A DNA stretch of 40,179 nt from Actinomycetota bacterium (GCA_009702955.1 WLHA01000001.1:1-40179), one strand, 5' to 3'; shown: positions 24,818-34,604, counted from the stretch's first letter. A program made the numbers and translations. The notes: a model not told the origin generated them from the sequence alone.

Positions 24818-25888
24818 CTAGGACTCTGTGCGAATCATTGTTGCTGCGTAGGCACCTGCGGCTGCTGCGGCTTGAAACAGAATCGGGTCCGCACTTGCTG
24901 GCCGCCCCATGGAACCAACGACTAAACCGTTTGCTTCGAAGGCCGCCAAAATGTCTGGCGCAGAAGAATTGACAACGTGGTGCCGCTGATCGATCCCTGA
25001 AGCATGTAGGTCTGCTCGGATTTTAGACTCTTCCTCACCACCCACTGTCGGAACAACTACATGGACCCCATCTCCCCCGAGAGTACTGAGGGAGTTGAGG
25101 GTGTGGTGGGAGACGCCTTGATGGCGAACGCGATCATCTGCAAACGAGACGCGTAACGCCGCGACAGGCACTCCACCTAGAGAGCGAGCGGTATCAAGCC
25201 ACGTAACTCCCTCGACGCCAGTGTGCCCGAATCTGCTACCAGTACCGACAATGCCTGGACCCATCGCAACAACCGCTACATCGCACTCTCCGGCAATCTT
25301 CGCAGCCAGGAGCGCCGCGGGAGGCGAGACAGTCTCCAAGTCGCCGCCAAATGCATGGCCAGATGTGATCGTCGTATCTATCAAATTCTTATCCCTCAGA
25401 GACGCGACTAAATCCGAGAACGCAATCGGTAGCGCTGCACCGTCAGTCATCACATAAGCAATTCGCGCCTCTGGATTCACGCTCTTGATTCCTAGAATGG
25501 CGGCTGGAAGTTGGCTGTGGAGAGGAACGTAGACGACAGGCATGCCATCTATATCGCTGGCATTAATCAACTCGGGATGGCTCTCCTCTGCGCTACCTGC
25601 ATCCACCTGAAGACTCGTATATCTGAGCTTCATTATGTGCCCGGGCCCGAGGTTGCTCCATTCCTCTCGATCGAGATTCCAGTGGACGACATGCCAGCCA
25701 CCTGTACCCAGGCCGAGATCAACAGCGGTGGTGTTGACTACGACATTGGAACCTACGGAGACCTCACCGGTGAGTTGAGTCAACACGAATGCATTCTCAA
25801 TGTTCGCGCCGAGATGCACCGAGACACGCTGAAGCCCCTGCCTCTCCTCGAGTATCGAGGCGACTCGCCCCGTTTTGAAGGTAGGCAT
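24818..25888 (-). CDS. DUF3866 family protein
   Basis: VNTTAVDLGLGTGG.H, GHIMKLRYT.LQ, LHSQL, YVMTDGAALP, GHAFGGDLE, GPGIVGTG, R.SFAD.R.RH.GVSHH, SMGR. Confidence 0.88.
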   Translation of the reverse strand: MPTFKTGRVASILEERQGLQRVSVHLGANIENAFVLTQLTGEVSVGSNVVVNTTAVDLGLGTGGWHVVHWNLDREEWSNLGPGHIMKLRYTSLQVDAGSAEESHPELINASDIDGMPVVYVPLHSQLPAAILGIKSVNPEARIAYVMTDGAALPIAFSDLVASLRDKNLIDTTITSGHAFGGDLETVSPPAALLAAKIAGECDVAVVAMGPGIVGTGSRFGHTGVEGVTWLDTARSLGGVPVAALRVSFADDRVRHQGVSHHTLNSLSTLGGDGVHVVVPTVGGEEESKIRADLHASGIDQRHHVVNSSAPDILAAFEANGLVVGSMGRPASADPILFQAAAAAGAYAATMIRTES

Positions 25889-27246
25889 CAGAGTGACGCA
25901 ATCAGTTTCTCAACGCGTTCATCATGCGCTTTGAACGGGTCCTTACAGAGAACTGTTCTCTGCGCCTGGTCATTCAACTTCAAATGAACCCAATCGACCG
26001 TGTAGTCGCGATTCTTCTCTTTGGCGCGTTTGATGAATGCTCCTCGAAGATTCGCTCGCGTTGTGGCGGGTGGTGTTGTCATTGCCTTACTGATTTCTTC
26101 GTCCGAGGTAATGCGATCAACCTGATCGCGATTCTGCATCAAATAGAAAGGCGATCTAGAGCGCGTCACGTCGTGATATGCAAGGTCTAAGAAGGAGACG
26201 CGGGGATTAGTGAGTTCAAGGTCATGACGTTTTCTATAGGCCTCAACGAGGTGATACTTAATCACCCAGTCAATCTCACGCGACAATTTAAGCGGATCAG
26301 CGGCTAAATGAGTCATGCAGTGCTGCCACATCTCTAAGGCTTTAGCCTCAAGTGGATTCAATTCGTGGCGGCCTGCGAACTTAAGTGCCCGCTCTAAGTA
26401 CTCACTCTGGATCTCCACAGCTGAGAGTTCGCGCCCATTGGCTAGGCGAACCTTGCGAGTACACGTAATGTCATGACTGATTTCGCGTATCGCACGTATG
26501 GGGTTCTCGAGAGTCATATCTCGCCAAGGCGAGGGGTCTTCCTCGAGCATTCGTAGGACGATTGAGCAGGTTCCAAGTTTTAGAAAACTCGTATATTCGC
26601 TCATGTTGGAGTCTCCAACAATTACATGCAAGCGACGGAATTTCTCAGCATCGGCGTGGGGTTCGTCACGCGTATTAATTATTGGCCTAGACCGTGTCGT
26701 GGCGCTAGATACCCCTTCCCATACATGCTCAGATCGTTGACTGATGCAGAACATGGCACCACGCGGACTCTGGAGAACTTTGCCTGCACCGGCATAAATC
26801 TGACGAGAGACTAGAAACGGAATTAGCACGTCGGTAAAACGTGAGAGTTCACCTTCTCGAGGTATCAGATAATTTTCGTGGCAGCCATAGGAATTGCCAG
26901 CAGAGTCGGTGTTGTTCTTGAAGAGGAACACATCTCCGCGAATGCCTTCTTCGTTCAACCTGCTTTCGGCGCTCTCAACGAGGCTCTCGAGGATTCTCTC
27001 CCCTGCCTTGTCGTGAGCAATGACATCAAGCAACGAATCGCACTCCGGAGTTGCATACTCGGGGTGGCTACCAACATCTAAATAAAGACGAGCGCCATTC
27101 TCAAGGAATACATTGCTCGAACGCCCCCAAGAAACAACTTTTCGAAATAGGTAGCGAGCAACTTCGTCGGGACTTAGGCGACGCTGTCCTCTCAGAGTGC
27201 AGGTAACTCCGTATTCATTCTCAATGCCAAAGATTCGCTTATCCAT
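25888..27246 (-). CDS. pafA: Pup-protein ligase
   Basis: [76 protein letters not shown]. Confidence 0.97.
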   Translation of the reverse strand: MDKRIFGIENEYGVTCTLRGQRRLSPDEVARYLFRKVVSWGRSSNVFLENGARLYLDVGSHPEYATPECDSLLDVIAHDKAGERILESLVESAESRLNEEGIRGDVFLFKNNTDSAGNSYGCHENYLIPREGELSRFTDVLIPFLVSRQIYAGAGKVLQSPRGAMFCISQRSEHVWEGVSSATTRSRPIINTRDEPHADAEKFRRLHVIVGDSNMSEYTSFLKLGTCSIVLRMLEEDPSPWRDMTLENPIRAIREISHDITCTRKVRLANGRELSAVEIQSEYLERALKFAGRHELNPLEAKALEMWQHCMTHLAADPLKLSREIDWVIKYHLVEAYRKRHDLELTNPRVSFLDLAYHDVTRSRSPFYLMQNRDQVDRITSDEEISKAMTTPPATTRANLRGAFIKRAKEKNRDYTVDWVHLKLNDQAQRTVLCKDPFKAHDERVEKLIASL

Positions 27247-27301
27247 TAATCAGCTGACCTCTTAATGATGATTCTCGTTGGCTTAAGTTGGGGAATGAAG
27301 A

Positions 27302-27982
27302 TCAAGAAAGTAAGCCGAGGAGTTCGTCTCCGGTGATTCTTCTGAATGCTCTACGAGCACGGCCTCGCTCTAAGGCAGCCACTTCAAGTTGGTCTGCCCC
27401 GAGAGTGACTCCCTCTTCAGCAAGAGACTTAGCGCCGATTTGAATCGCCTCCGCTAGTGAGAGGCCCGGCTTAAAGGCGTTCTCGAGGAAGTCACTTATT
27501 CTCTCGGCGTCACCGCCCAATACGGTGTAATCAGATTCGTCCATCAAGGTGCCGTCGTAGAGGACGTGGAATAACTCGTTTGGCTCCGCTGGAGTTGAGC
27601 CGACCTGTGCGACGAGAATCTCGACCTCGTAAGGCTTCATCTCGTTTGTAAATACCTGCCCAAGGGTCTGCGCGTAGGCGTTGGCCAAGGAGTTGGCGTT
27701 TACATCCTCGCGAGAATATTGAAATCCCTTCATATCGGCGAGCCTGACACCGCCGATCTTGAGCATCTGGAATTCGTTATATTTTCCGACCCCGGCGAAA
27801 GCGATTCGGTCGTAAACCTCTGAGATTTTGTAGAGAGTCCGGCTTGGGTTATGGGCGACCATAACGACGCCCTCGTTGCACTCAAGCGCTACGAGACTGC
27901 GACCGCGTGCTATTCCTTTTCGCGCATAATCCGCACGGTCCTTCATTACCTGTTCAGGCGAGACGTAGAAGGGCATGCTCAT
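27302..27982 (-). CDS. prcA: 20S proteasome alpha subunit
   Basis: MPFYVSPEQVMKDRADYARKGIARGRS, KISEVYDRIAFAGVGKYNEF, KPYEVE. Confidence 0.97.
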   Translation of the reverse strand: MSMPFYVSPEQVMKDRADYARKGIARGRSLVALECNEGVVMVAHNPSRTLYKISEVYDRIAFAGVGKYNEFQMLKIGGVRLADMKGFQYSREDVNANSLANAYAQTLGQVFTNEMKPYEVEILVAQVGSTPAEPNELFHVLYDGTLMDESDYTVLGGDAERISDFLENAFKPGLSLAEAIQIGAKSLAEEGVTLGADQLEVAALERGRARRAFRRITGDELLGLLS

Positions 27983-28803
27983 GCTGCACCTCCGCGCTCT
28001 GGGCCGTCTAATAGAAGTTGCGATCTAGCCGCTACGTCGGCTTCCTCGAGGAACTTGAAACCATCCTGGTTAATGACTGCTACCAGAGGATAAATTCCAC
28101 GTACGAGATCTGGCCCACCCGTTGCCGTGTCCTCGTCGGCTGCTGCAAATAGGGAGCGAATCGAGATCGATATCGCATCGTCTGCGCTCATCCCCTCTCT
28201 CCAAGCAGATTTGATCCAGTTTCGAGCATGTACGGCCCCGGATCCATTAGCCGAGAAATCAGCTTCTTCGTACTTGCCACCAACTGCATCGTACGAAAAA
28301 ACGCGTCCTCGGTCTCGACGATGGTCGAACCCGGCGAATAGAGGAACTACGACTAGCCCTTGCATGGCTGCCGGTAGGTTCGCACGAACCATCTGCGATA
28401 GTTGGTTAGCTTTCCCCTCTAGCGATAGCGAGGCTCCCTCGATTTTCTCGTAGTGCTCGAGTTGCACTTGGAAGAGTCGGACCATCTCGATCGCAAGGCC
28501 TGCGGTTCCGGCGATCGCAACACCTGAGTATTCGTCGGCTGCAAATAGCTTCTCGATCCGGCGATTAGCGATCGAGTTCCCTGAAGTGGCCCTTCTGTCA
28601 CCTGCCATGACAACTCCGCCTTCGCATCGAATCGCTAAAACGGTGGTGCCATGCGCTAGTTCGAACGGCAGAGCATGCCCAGCGACTGCTGGAGGCATCT
28701 GTAGCGAGTCGGGCGAGACCCGGCGGAGCAGGTTCAGGAATGATGGGCCTGGATCAGCCCCATCGGAGAAAATAGGGAGCAGCGGAGTTTCGTTCATTCC
28801 CAC
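27979..28803 (-). CDS. prcB: 20S proteasome beta subunit with propeptide
   Basis: Propeptide with SF..LL, cleavage site HG|TTVLA, AGDRRATSGN, LEGKANQL, D.ATGGPD. Confidence 0.96.
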   Translation of the reverse strand: MGMNETPLLPIFSDGADPGPSFLNLLRRVSPDSLQMPPAVAGHALPFELAHGTTVLAIRCEGGVVMAGDRRATSGNSIANRRIEKLFAADEYSGVAIAGTAGLAIEMVRLFQVQLEHYEKIEGASLSLEGKANQLSQMVRANLPAAMQGLVVVPLFAGFDHRRDRGRVFSYDAVGGKYEEADFSANGSGAVHARNWIKSAWREGMSADDAISISIRSLFAAADEDTATGGPDLVRGIYPLVAVINQDGFKFLEEADVAARSQLLLDGPERGGAA

Positions 28804-28835
28804 AGCCTACGCTCCGTCAGGCAGTGAAGCCTGTG

Positions 28836-29030
28836 CTACTCCCCACCCTTTTGGATATAAGACTTAACAAATTCCTCTGCATTTGTCTCCAGCACAGAGT
28901 CAATCTCATCTAGGAGTTCGTCTAGCTCCCCTTTGATCTTCTCTCCCTGAGCCGTCGGGACGCTTGTCTCCGTCGACTCCTGCTCCCGTCGCTTCTGAGG
29001 AGTCTTGTGAATCTGTTCACGCTCTGGCAT
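28836..29030 (-). CDS. pup: Prokaryotic ubiquitin-like protein Pup (C-terminal GGE)
   Basis: [29 protein letters not shown]. Confidence 0.97.
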   Translation of the reverse strand: MPEREQIHKTPQKRREQESTETSVPTAQGEKIKGELDELLDEIDSVLETNAEEFVKSYIQKGGE

Positions 29031-29059
29031 TAGTTACTCCCTTCGGTCTTAGGTAACGA

Positions 29060-30556
29060 TTAAGCAAGAGGACTTCCCAGCCTCTCAATTAGGTCCAACG
29101 GAGTATCGCATGTGTTGAGTAACGCCTCGACATGATTTCTTGTTCCCTTTAGCGGATCCATCATTGGGACTCGTTGAAGGGATCCAGAGCCCACATCGAA
29201 GACGATGCTGTCCCAGTTCGCAGCAATAATCGACTTTGGCCATCTGCGCAGGCACTCGCCCCGGAAGTATGCACGCGTATCGTCAGGGGGCCTAGAGATT
29301 GCTCTCTCGACCTCCTCCTCTGATAGGAGCCTCTCTACTTTGCCGGCTTGAACAAGGCGTTCGTAGAGGGACCTCTTGGGGCGAACATCGTGGTACTGAA
29401 GGTCGATTAGGGCCAGCTTTGGGTCGCTCCAACTGAGTCCGTCTCTGTCTTTGAACTGCTCTAGAAGGCAGAATTTGGTGACCCAATCCAATCTCCCATC
29501 AAGGCTCAGAGGGTCGCCCTCTAGATCCGTTAGGACCTCCTCCCATCTCCTCAAGACCTCTGCTCCGACATCTGCTCCACCGCAGTGCTCGAGCCCAGTG
29601 CGCTCTGCATATTTTTTAGCGCTTGCCAAGAACTGCCATTGGATTTCAATTGGCGTTGCGCTACCGCCGCTACGAAGTTCAAGTGGAGAAGTGCAGGTCA
29701 GATCTCTAGAGACACTCCGCAGAGCTCGTACCGGCTCGTAAATAGAGAGATCATTCTCGAGAGCGTTGTCCTCGATCATCGCTAGGACTATTGCAGTGGT
29801 CCCGACCTTTAAGAATGTGGATAGCTCGCAGAGGTTGGCGTCCCCAACGATCACATGGAGGCGGCGATACTGGCTAGACATTGCATGAGGCTCATCGCGC
29901 GTGTTTACAATCGGCCGCCGAATAGTTGTCTCGAGCCCTACCTCTTCCTCGAAGAAATCAGAGCGAGCACTTATCTGGAAATCGACAGAGTCACGGTCAT
30001 GCTCTGCACCAACCTTTCCAGCGCCAGTGAAAATCTGCCTCGTAACAAACCACGGCAATAGCGTTTTAACGATGTCGCCGAACGCGCAATTCCGATCCAT
30101 TAGGTAGTTCTCATGGCATCCATAAGAATTGCCTTTGCCATCAGAGTTGTTCTTATAGGCCACTATTTCACCCTCCGAACCGAGGGTGACTCCCGCCAAC
30201 TCCATCGACGCAGCGATAATTCGCTCCCCCGCTTTATCTGCACGCAAGACGCTCATCGCGTCGGTGCACTCGGGGGTTGAGTATTCAGGATGGGCATGGT
30301 CTACGTAATACCTGGCTCCGTTCGTGAGCACAGCATTGACGAGATGCGTCTCGACATCAGGGGGGTTAGATGCATCTCGAGTAAAACCGCGCGCATCGCG
30401 CGCTGGAGTTTCGTCCTCGAAATCCCATCCAACTTTCTTGTCGTCAACGTAGGAGTTGATGAGCAGAGATGAGGCAACTACAGGGTTGTCTTCGCCCCCT
30501 CCGCGCCGGCTAACTCCGTACTCCGTCTCAATGCCACAGACTTTAGGAACGGCCAA
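29060..30556 (-). CDS. dop: Depupylase/deamidase Dop
   Basis: [64 protein letters not shown]; TTG start behind GGAG. Confidence 0.96.
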   Translation of the reverse strand: MAVPKVCGIETEYGVSRRGGGEDNPVVASSLLINSYVDDKKVGWDFEDETPARDARGFTRDASNPPDVETHLVNAVLTNGARYYVDHAHPEYSTPECTDAMSVLRADKAGERIIAASMELAGVTLGSEGEIVAYKNNSDGKGNSYGCHENYLMDRNCAFGDIVKTLLPWFVTRQIFTGAGKVGAEHDRDSVDFQISARSDFFEEEVGLETTIRRPIVNTRDEPHAMSSQYRRLHVIVGDANLCELSTFLKVGTTAIVLAMIEDNALENDLSIYEPVRALRSVSRDLTCTSPLELRSGGSATPIEIQWQFLASAKKYAERTGLEHCGGADVGAEVLRRWEEVLTDLEGDPLSLDGRLDWVTKFCLLEQFKDRDGLSWSDPKLALIDLQYHDVRPKRSLYERLVQAGKVERLLSEEEVERAISRPPDDTRAYFRGECLRRWPKSIIAANWDSIVFDVGSGSLQRVPMMDPLKGTRNHVEALLNTCDTPLDLIERLGSPLA

Positions 30557-30595
30557 ATCTCTCCACCCCCCGAAGCAGTGATGGGTTCAGGCTGA

Positions 30596-32353
30596 TCAGA
30601 GGTATTGACCAGTCGCTACTCGGTCGATCTGTCGACCGCCCTCGGCATCTGTGCCCTTGGTTAGGAGGGTCCGCACATAGACAATTCGCTCGCCTTTTTT
30701 GCCGGAGATCTTCGCCCAATCATCTGGGTTAGTTGTATTCGGCAGGTCTTCATGCTCACGGAATTCTTGGCGAATCGAATCAACAAGATCCTGAGTGCCG
30801 ATACCAGGTTCTCCGCCATCAATTTGTCTCTTGATTGATAGCTTCTTCGCACGACGGACGATGTTCTCAATCATGGCGCCGGAGGAGAAGTCCTTAAAAT
30901 AAAGAAGTTCCTTGTCTCCATTTTGGTAAGTAACTTCAAGAAAACGGTTCTCATCATCTACTGAGTACATAGTCTCGACTGCACGATTTATCATCGTGTC
31001 GATACATAGTTTCCGGTCGTTCTTCGCCCGCTTCAACTCTTCTGCAGATAACGGAAGGGCAGGAGTCAGGTACTGCAGAAATATCTGTTTCGCTGACTGC
31101 TCGTTCGGGCGTTCGATCTTAATTTTGACGTCGAGGCGCCCAGGCCGCAGAATTGCAGGGTCAATGAGGTCCTCTCTGTTTGAGGCTCCGATCACGATTA
31201 CGTTCCGTAGGCTCTCGACACCGTCGATTTCGGCGAGGAGTTGCGGAACGATTGTGGACTCGATGTCTGATGAAATCCCAGTACCTCGAGTTCGGAAGAG
31301 GGAGTCCATCTCATCGAAGAACACGATCACAGGTACTCCTTCCTCTGACTTCTCGCGAGCTCTCTCGAAAATCAGCCGAATCTGGCGCTCTGTCTCACCG
31401 ACATATTTATTGAGCAGCTCCGGTCCCTTGACGTTGAGAAAATACGACCGAGTGGATTCGTTGCCTGTCTTCTCGGCTACTCGCTTTGCGAGCGAATTGG
31501 CAACTGCCTTTGCAATTAGCGTCTTGCCGCAGCCCGGAGGGCCATAAAGGAGAATGCCTTTAGGGGCCTGCAACTCGTGCTCTGCAAAGAGATCGGCGTA
31601 GAGATATGGAAGCTCCACAGCGTCTTTGATCATCTCTATCTGCGAATCAAGGCCGCCGACATCGTCATAGGTGACATCTGGAACCTCTTCTAGTACCAAC
31701 TCCTCCACCTCTGGGCGTGGAATTCGCTCTACGAGAAGCCCGGATCTCCCCTCCATGAGGATGTGTTCGCCAGCTCGAATCTTGATACCGATTAGCTCCT
31801 CGGCAAGTTCGCAGACGCGTTCTTCGTCGGCTCTCCCGACAATCAGCGCCCTGCGTCCATCAGCGAGTAGCTCCTTGAAGATAACGACCTCTCCCTGAGT
31901 CTCAGGTCCGCGAGCCAAGACAACGCTCAACGATTCGTTCAACACAATCTCTTGCCCTCGACGTAGATCTACGGACTCGAGTTCTGGATGAAGGGCCACG
32001 CGCATCTTGCGACCAGCGCTAAAAATATCCACCGTTCCATCTTCGTTCTTGCCTAGATACGTGCCATAAGCAGAGGGCGGCATGGTTAGCTTCTCAACCT
32101 CTTCACGCAGCGCTGCGATGTGCTCGCGCGCTTCACGCAATGTCGCAGAGAGACGTTCATTGTGAGAGACCGCCTGCGTTAGCTGCCCCTTGGTCTCGAG
32201 CATGCGCTCCTCTAGCGTCCTTACCCGTGCCGGGGCCTCAAGGAGCCTGCGAGTCAAGACAGCGGCCTCCTCCTCGAGGTGCTTAATCTCTGCCTGTAGT
32301 TCCTCGACCTGCGACGCGTATTCGGAGAGGCGCCGTTCGTGCTCGGTAGCCAC
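30596..32353 (-). CDS. arc: Proteasome ATPase ARC/Mpa
   Basis: N-terminal coiled coil, Walker A GPPGCGKT, Walker [20 protein letters not shown]-terminal GQYL. Confidence 0.97.
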   Translation of the reverse strand: MATEHERRLSEYASQVEELQAEIKHLEEEAAVLTRRLLEAPARVRTLEERMLETKGQLTQAVSHNERLSATLREAREHIAALREEVEKLTMPPSAYGTYLGKNEDGTVDIFSAGRKMRVALHPELESVDLRRGQEIVLNESLSVVLARGPETQGEVVIFKELLADGRRALIVGRADEERVCELAEELIGIKIRAGEHILMEGRSGLLVERIPRPEVEELVLEEVPDVTYDDVGGLDSQIEMIKDAVELPYLYADLFAEHELQAPKGILLYGPPGCGKTLIAKAVANSLAKRVAEKTGNESTRSYFLNVKGPELLNKYVGETERQIRLIFERAREKSEEGVPVIVFFDEMDSLFRTRGTGISSDIESTIVPQLLAEIDGVESLRNVIVIGASNREDLIDPAILRPGRLDVKIKIERPNEQSAKQIFLQYLTPALPLSAEELKRAKNDRKLCIDTMINRAVETMYSVDDENRFLEVTYQNGDKELLYFKDFSSGAMIENIVRRAKKLSIKRQIDGGEPGIGTQDLVDSIRQEFREHEDLPNTTNPDDWAKISGKKGERIVYVRTLLTKGTDAEGGRQIDRVATGQYL

Positions 32354-32498
32354 GTTTCCCTCCAGATCTAGATGGTCAGTTACTCGTTGTGAGGGACCCT
32401 CCGGCCTCCCGGGGGTGTCACGTATGTCACCCTAGCCATGATACGGAGCCACAATGCCGTATGCGCGTCTATTCTGCGTCTACGATTATCGGGTACGT

Positions 32499-32521
32499 AA
32501 GTCCGAAAACAAGTCCGAAAA
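32499..32521. repeat. 11-bp direct repeat in the arc/ferredoxin divergent promoter region
   Basis: AAGTCCGAAAA at 32499-32509 and 32511-32521. Confidence 0.8.
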
Positions 32522-32569
32522 ACTATGTCGAACCGGGTGCTAGCCCGGAGAATGATCCAAGGAGCAAAT

Positions 32570-32800
32570 ATGAAGGTGTGGATTGACCAAGACCTATGCA
32601 CCGGAGATGGCCTCTGCGAAGAGATTGCACCTGCAGTCTTTGCACTTCTTGACGATGGGCTGGCCTACGTCAAGGAGGGCGACAAGATTTTCAATGAGCC
32701 TGGAGGCGCCGAAGGGCTTGCCAACGTTCCAGATGCAATGCTTGAGGCGGTAATTGAGTCCGCTGACGAGTGCCCTGGTGAGTGCATCTTCATCGAGTAA
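32570..32800 (+). CDS. Monocluster ferredoxin with CxxDxxC...CP motif
   Basis: MKVWIDQDLCTGDGLCEEIAP...DECPGECI; AAGGAG SD at 32559-32564 supports ATG 32570. Confidence 0.93.
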   Translation: MKVWIDQDLCTGDGLCEEIAPAVFALLDDGLAYVKEGDKIFNEPGGAEGLANVPDAMLEAVIESADECPGECIFIE

Positions 32801-32829
32801 ATCTCGAGTACGAGTTATTTAAACTCTCA

Positions 32830-32862
32830 GTTGGAGGGGGCCTTCTTGAGGCCCCCTCCAAC
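32830..32862 (+). terminator. Intrinsic terminator hairpin after the ferredoxin gene
   Basis: Perfect 14-bp stem GTTGGAGGGGGCCT/AGGCCCCCTCCAAC with 5-nt loop, 30 nt after the stop. Confidence 0.8.
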
Positions 32863-33009
32863 CATTTCTCCAGCCATCTCTGGTATCTATTCGTTAATTT
32901 GGAAGCGTTTTAGCGCTGCATTAGACAGCACTACTGCCTGAAAGGCCTCAATCTCAGCCTGTAGATGTGGCTTGAACATCACCTGATGAGAATGCGCATA
33001 TTTCGGGGC

Positions 33010-33047
33010 TGGTAGCATGCGGAGGCCAGCAACCCACTTTTGCTGGC
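33010..33047 (+). promoter_or_regulatory. Extended -10 and 5' hairpin of the Mg2+-transporter leader
   Basis: TGgTAGCAT (33010-33018), then GCCAGCAA-cccactt-TTGCTGGC hairpin (33025-33047). Confidence 0.45.
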
Positions 33048-33072
33048 GTATCGGCTTAAATTTTTGTTCAGT

Positions 33073-33106
33073 TATTGGCTCTATCTATTTGGTTCTATCT
33101 ATTGGC
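33073..33106. repeat. Imperfect 13-14-nt tandem repeat (about 2.5 copies)
   Basis: TATTGGCTCTATC, TATTTGGTTCTATC, TATTGGC. Confidence 0.7.
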
Positions 33107-33124
33107 GTACTGGAGGTGAGGCTC

Positions 33125-33187
33125 GTGAAATCTGGTGAACCCCCGAGTACCTATCCCCGTGCCTCCTCAAGTAGGCCCTCTCTTTAG
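33125..33187 (+). CDS. Putative Pro-rich leader peptide (MgtL-like), MKSGEPPSTYPRASSSRPSL
   Basis: GGAGGTGA SD at 33112-33119, GTG at 33125, TAG at 33185-33187, 76 nt before the MgtE-N gene; too short for the ORF track. Confidence 0.6.
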   Translation: MKSGEPPSTYPRASSSRPSL

Positions 33188-33263
33188 AGGCGTCAAATTC
33201 AGGTGCGGTATCTAATCAGCCACCCGTAGCCGCCGATTCTGGCCGCCGAACTGGGAGCCCCGC

Positions 33264-34604
33264 ATGGCCCTACGCCCATCGTTTCGAGCTAATGGCGCTA
33301 TTAAGCGCCGTCAGGAACGAAGAACAAAACGCATTCTTGCTAACCGCACTGTCGCAGAGGCGCTTATCTCTGTCGCAGGTTTAGTTGGACGCGCCGTAAC
33401 GACCCTCGGAGATATTGAGGTTGGGCGCATCTCCGATGTCGTCGTTCGCTGGTCTGGAGAGGGATATCCGCCTGTTACAGGTTTGGTAGTACGAGTTGGG
33501 CGTAGGCGTGCATACGTCCCCATTGAGCAGGTGCAGTCAATATCACAGGATGGAGCGCGCCTTAAGTCGGCACGTTTAGATCTACGAGACTTCAACCGAC
33601 GCGACGATGAAGTATCACTCAGTTCGGATGTAGTCGATCACCAACTTGTGGATATAGATGGAGTGCGAGTTGTACGCGCATCAGACCTCTATTTGGCCTT
33701 GGTCGGCGAAGAGATAAGACTTGTTGGTGTGGACGTTGGATTCGCGACGCTCCTTCGGCGACTCGGCCCTGCCAATCGTCGAACCCGCCCCACCCCCGAT
33801 CGAGTAATTGACTGGGCTGCGGTACAGCCATTTGGTACGGGTGACGGCCCCATGCGCCTTGCCTCTCCCAACCAAGCGTTGAAGAGACTGCGCCCTGCGG
33901 AACTCGCAGACTTACTCGAGGAGCTCGGTCGTGACGAAAGGCAAGAGCTCCTACGAGCCCTCGATCCTGAGGCTGCTGCCGATGCTCTCGAGGAGATGGA
34001 GCCGGGCGAACTCCGCGAACTGCTGCGCGAGATGACACCGGAGGACGCTGCAGCGCTCTTGATTGAGATGGAGCCCGACGAGGCGGTCGATGCACTTCGC
34101 GAATTTGAGGATGAGGAAGTTGACGCACTAATCGCTGTAATGCCGCGAGCGAACGCAGCTCTACTTGCACAATTGCTCGGCTATGACGAAGAGTCTGCCG
34201 GTGGCGTAATGACTACCAACCTGATACTCGTGCGCCCAGATATGACCGTTGGAGAGGTCCGTCGCGTTCTTCGGTCTGAGGCGGAGCACCAGGCAGATGT
34301 CGATGCCGTGATCATCGTCGACGCAGATGGTCGCCTTATTCATGACATCGGATTGTTTGAACTTCTAGTCGCAGCGAAAGAGGACTCCGTTGGTTCGCTA
34401 GATGGAGGACCAGAACCGGTTACCGTCTCGCCTGAGACATCGGTGGCGCTCGTTGTAGAGCAGTTTATTGAGTCTCGAGGATCCTCCGTTGTTGTTGTCG
34501 ACGCCGAGAACCGTCCGATCGGACGAATCCTTGCAGACGATCTCGTCGATGCACTTGTACCCGAGCGAGGCAAACTGCGCTTTCCAAGGTTCTTGGTCGG
34601 CTGA
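33264..34604 (+). CDS. Soluble MgtE-intracellular-domain protein (PRC barrels + MgtE_N + CBS pair), no TM domain
   Basis: DHQLVDIDGVRVVRASD, L.PAELADLLEEL, M.PDEAVD.L, Y.EESAGGVMT, GRILADDLVD; ends without hydrophobic helices. Confidence 0.88.
   Translation: MALRPSFRANGAIKRRQERRTKRILANRTVAEALISVAGLVGRAVTTLGDIEVGRISDVVVRWSGEGYPPVTGLVVRVGRRRAYVPIEQVQSISQDGARLKSARLDLRDFNRRDDEVSLSSDVVDHQLVDIDGVRVVRASDLYLALVGEEIRLVGVDVGFATLLRRLGPANRRTRPTPDRVIDWAAVQPFGTGDGPMRLASPNQALKRLRPAELADLLEELGRDERQELLRALDPEAAADALEEMEPGELRELLREMTPEDAAALLIEMEPDEAVDALREFEDEEVDALIAVMPRANAALLAQLLGYDEESAGGVMTTNLILVRPDMTVGEVRRVLRSEAEHQADVDAVIIVDADGRLIHDIGLFELLVAAKEDSVGSLDGGPEPVTVSPETSVALVVEQFIESRGSSVVVVDAENRPIGRILADDLVDALVPERGKLRFPRFLVG

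Noticed and set aside
30996-31547. Long antisense or alternative-frame ORFs (e.g. 30996-31547, 33619-34170, 16021-16530, 5674-6132, 8884-9360)
   Set aside because: They lie wholly within well-supported genes, have no recognisable motifs, and are expected shadows in GC-rich coding DNA
32354-32569. PafBC (RecA-NDp, TGTCGG-N10-TAnnnT) promoter upstream of arc
   Set aside because: TGTCAC words are present but none has the required spacing to a -10 hexamer on either strand
22905-33106. Short repeats (22905, 32499, 33073) as CRISPR or IS ends
   Set aside because: Only 2-2.5 adjacent copies without spacers, no cas or transposase genes, and the repeats are unrelated to each other
33114-33124. AGGTGAGGCTC matches the 5' start of the M-box (ykoK) riboswitch upstream of a Mg2+ transporter
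   Set aside because: The downstream M-box core (GCTGC...GAGACGCCAA.GGGT...GTGCTAAAGC) is not visible; the match is better explained as the SD of the leader ORF. A cmscan would settle it.
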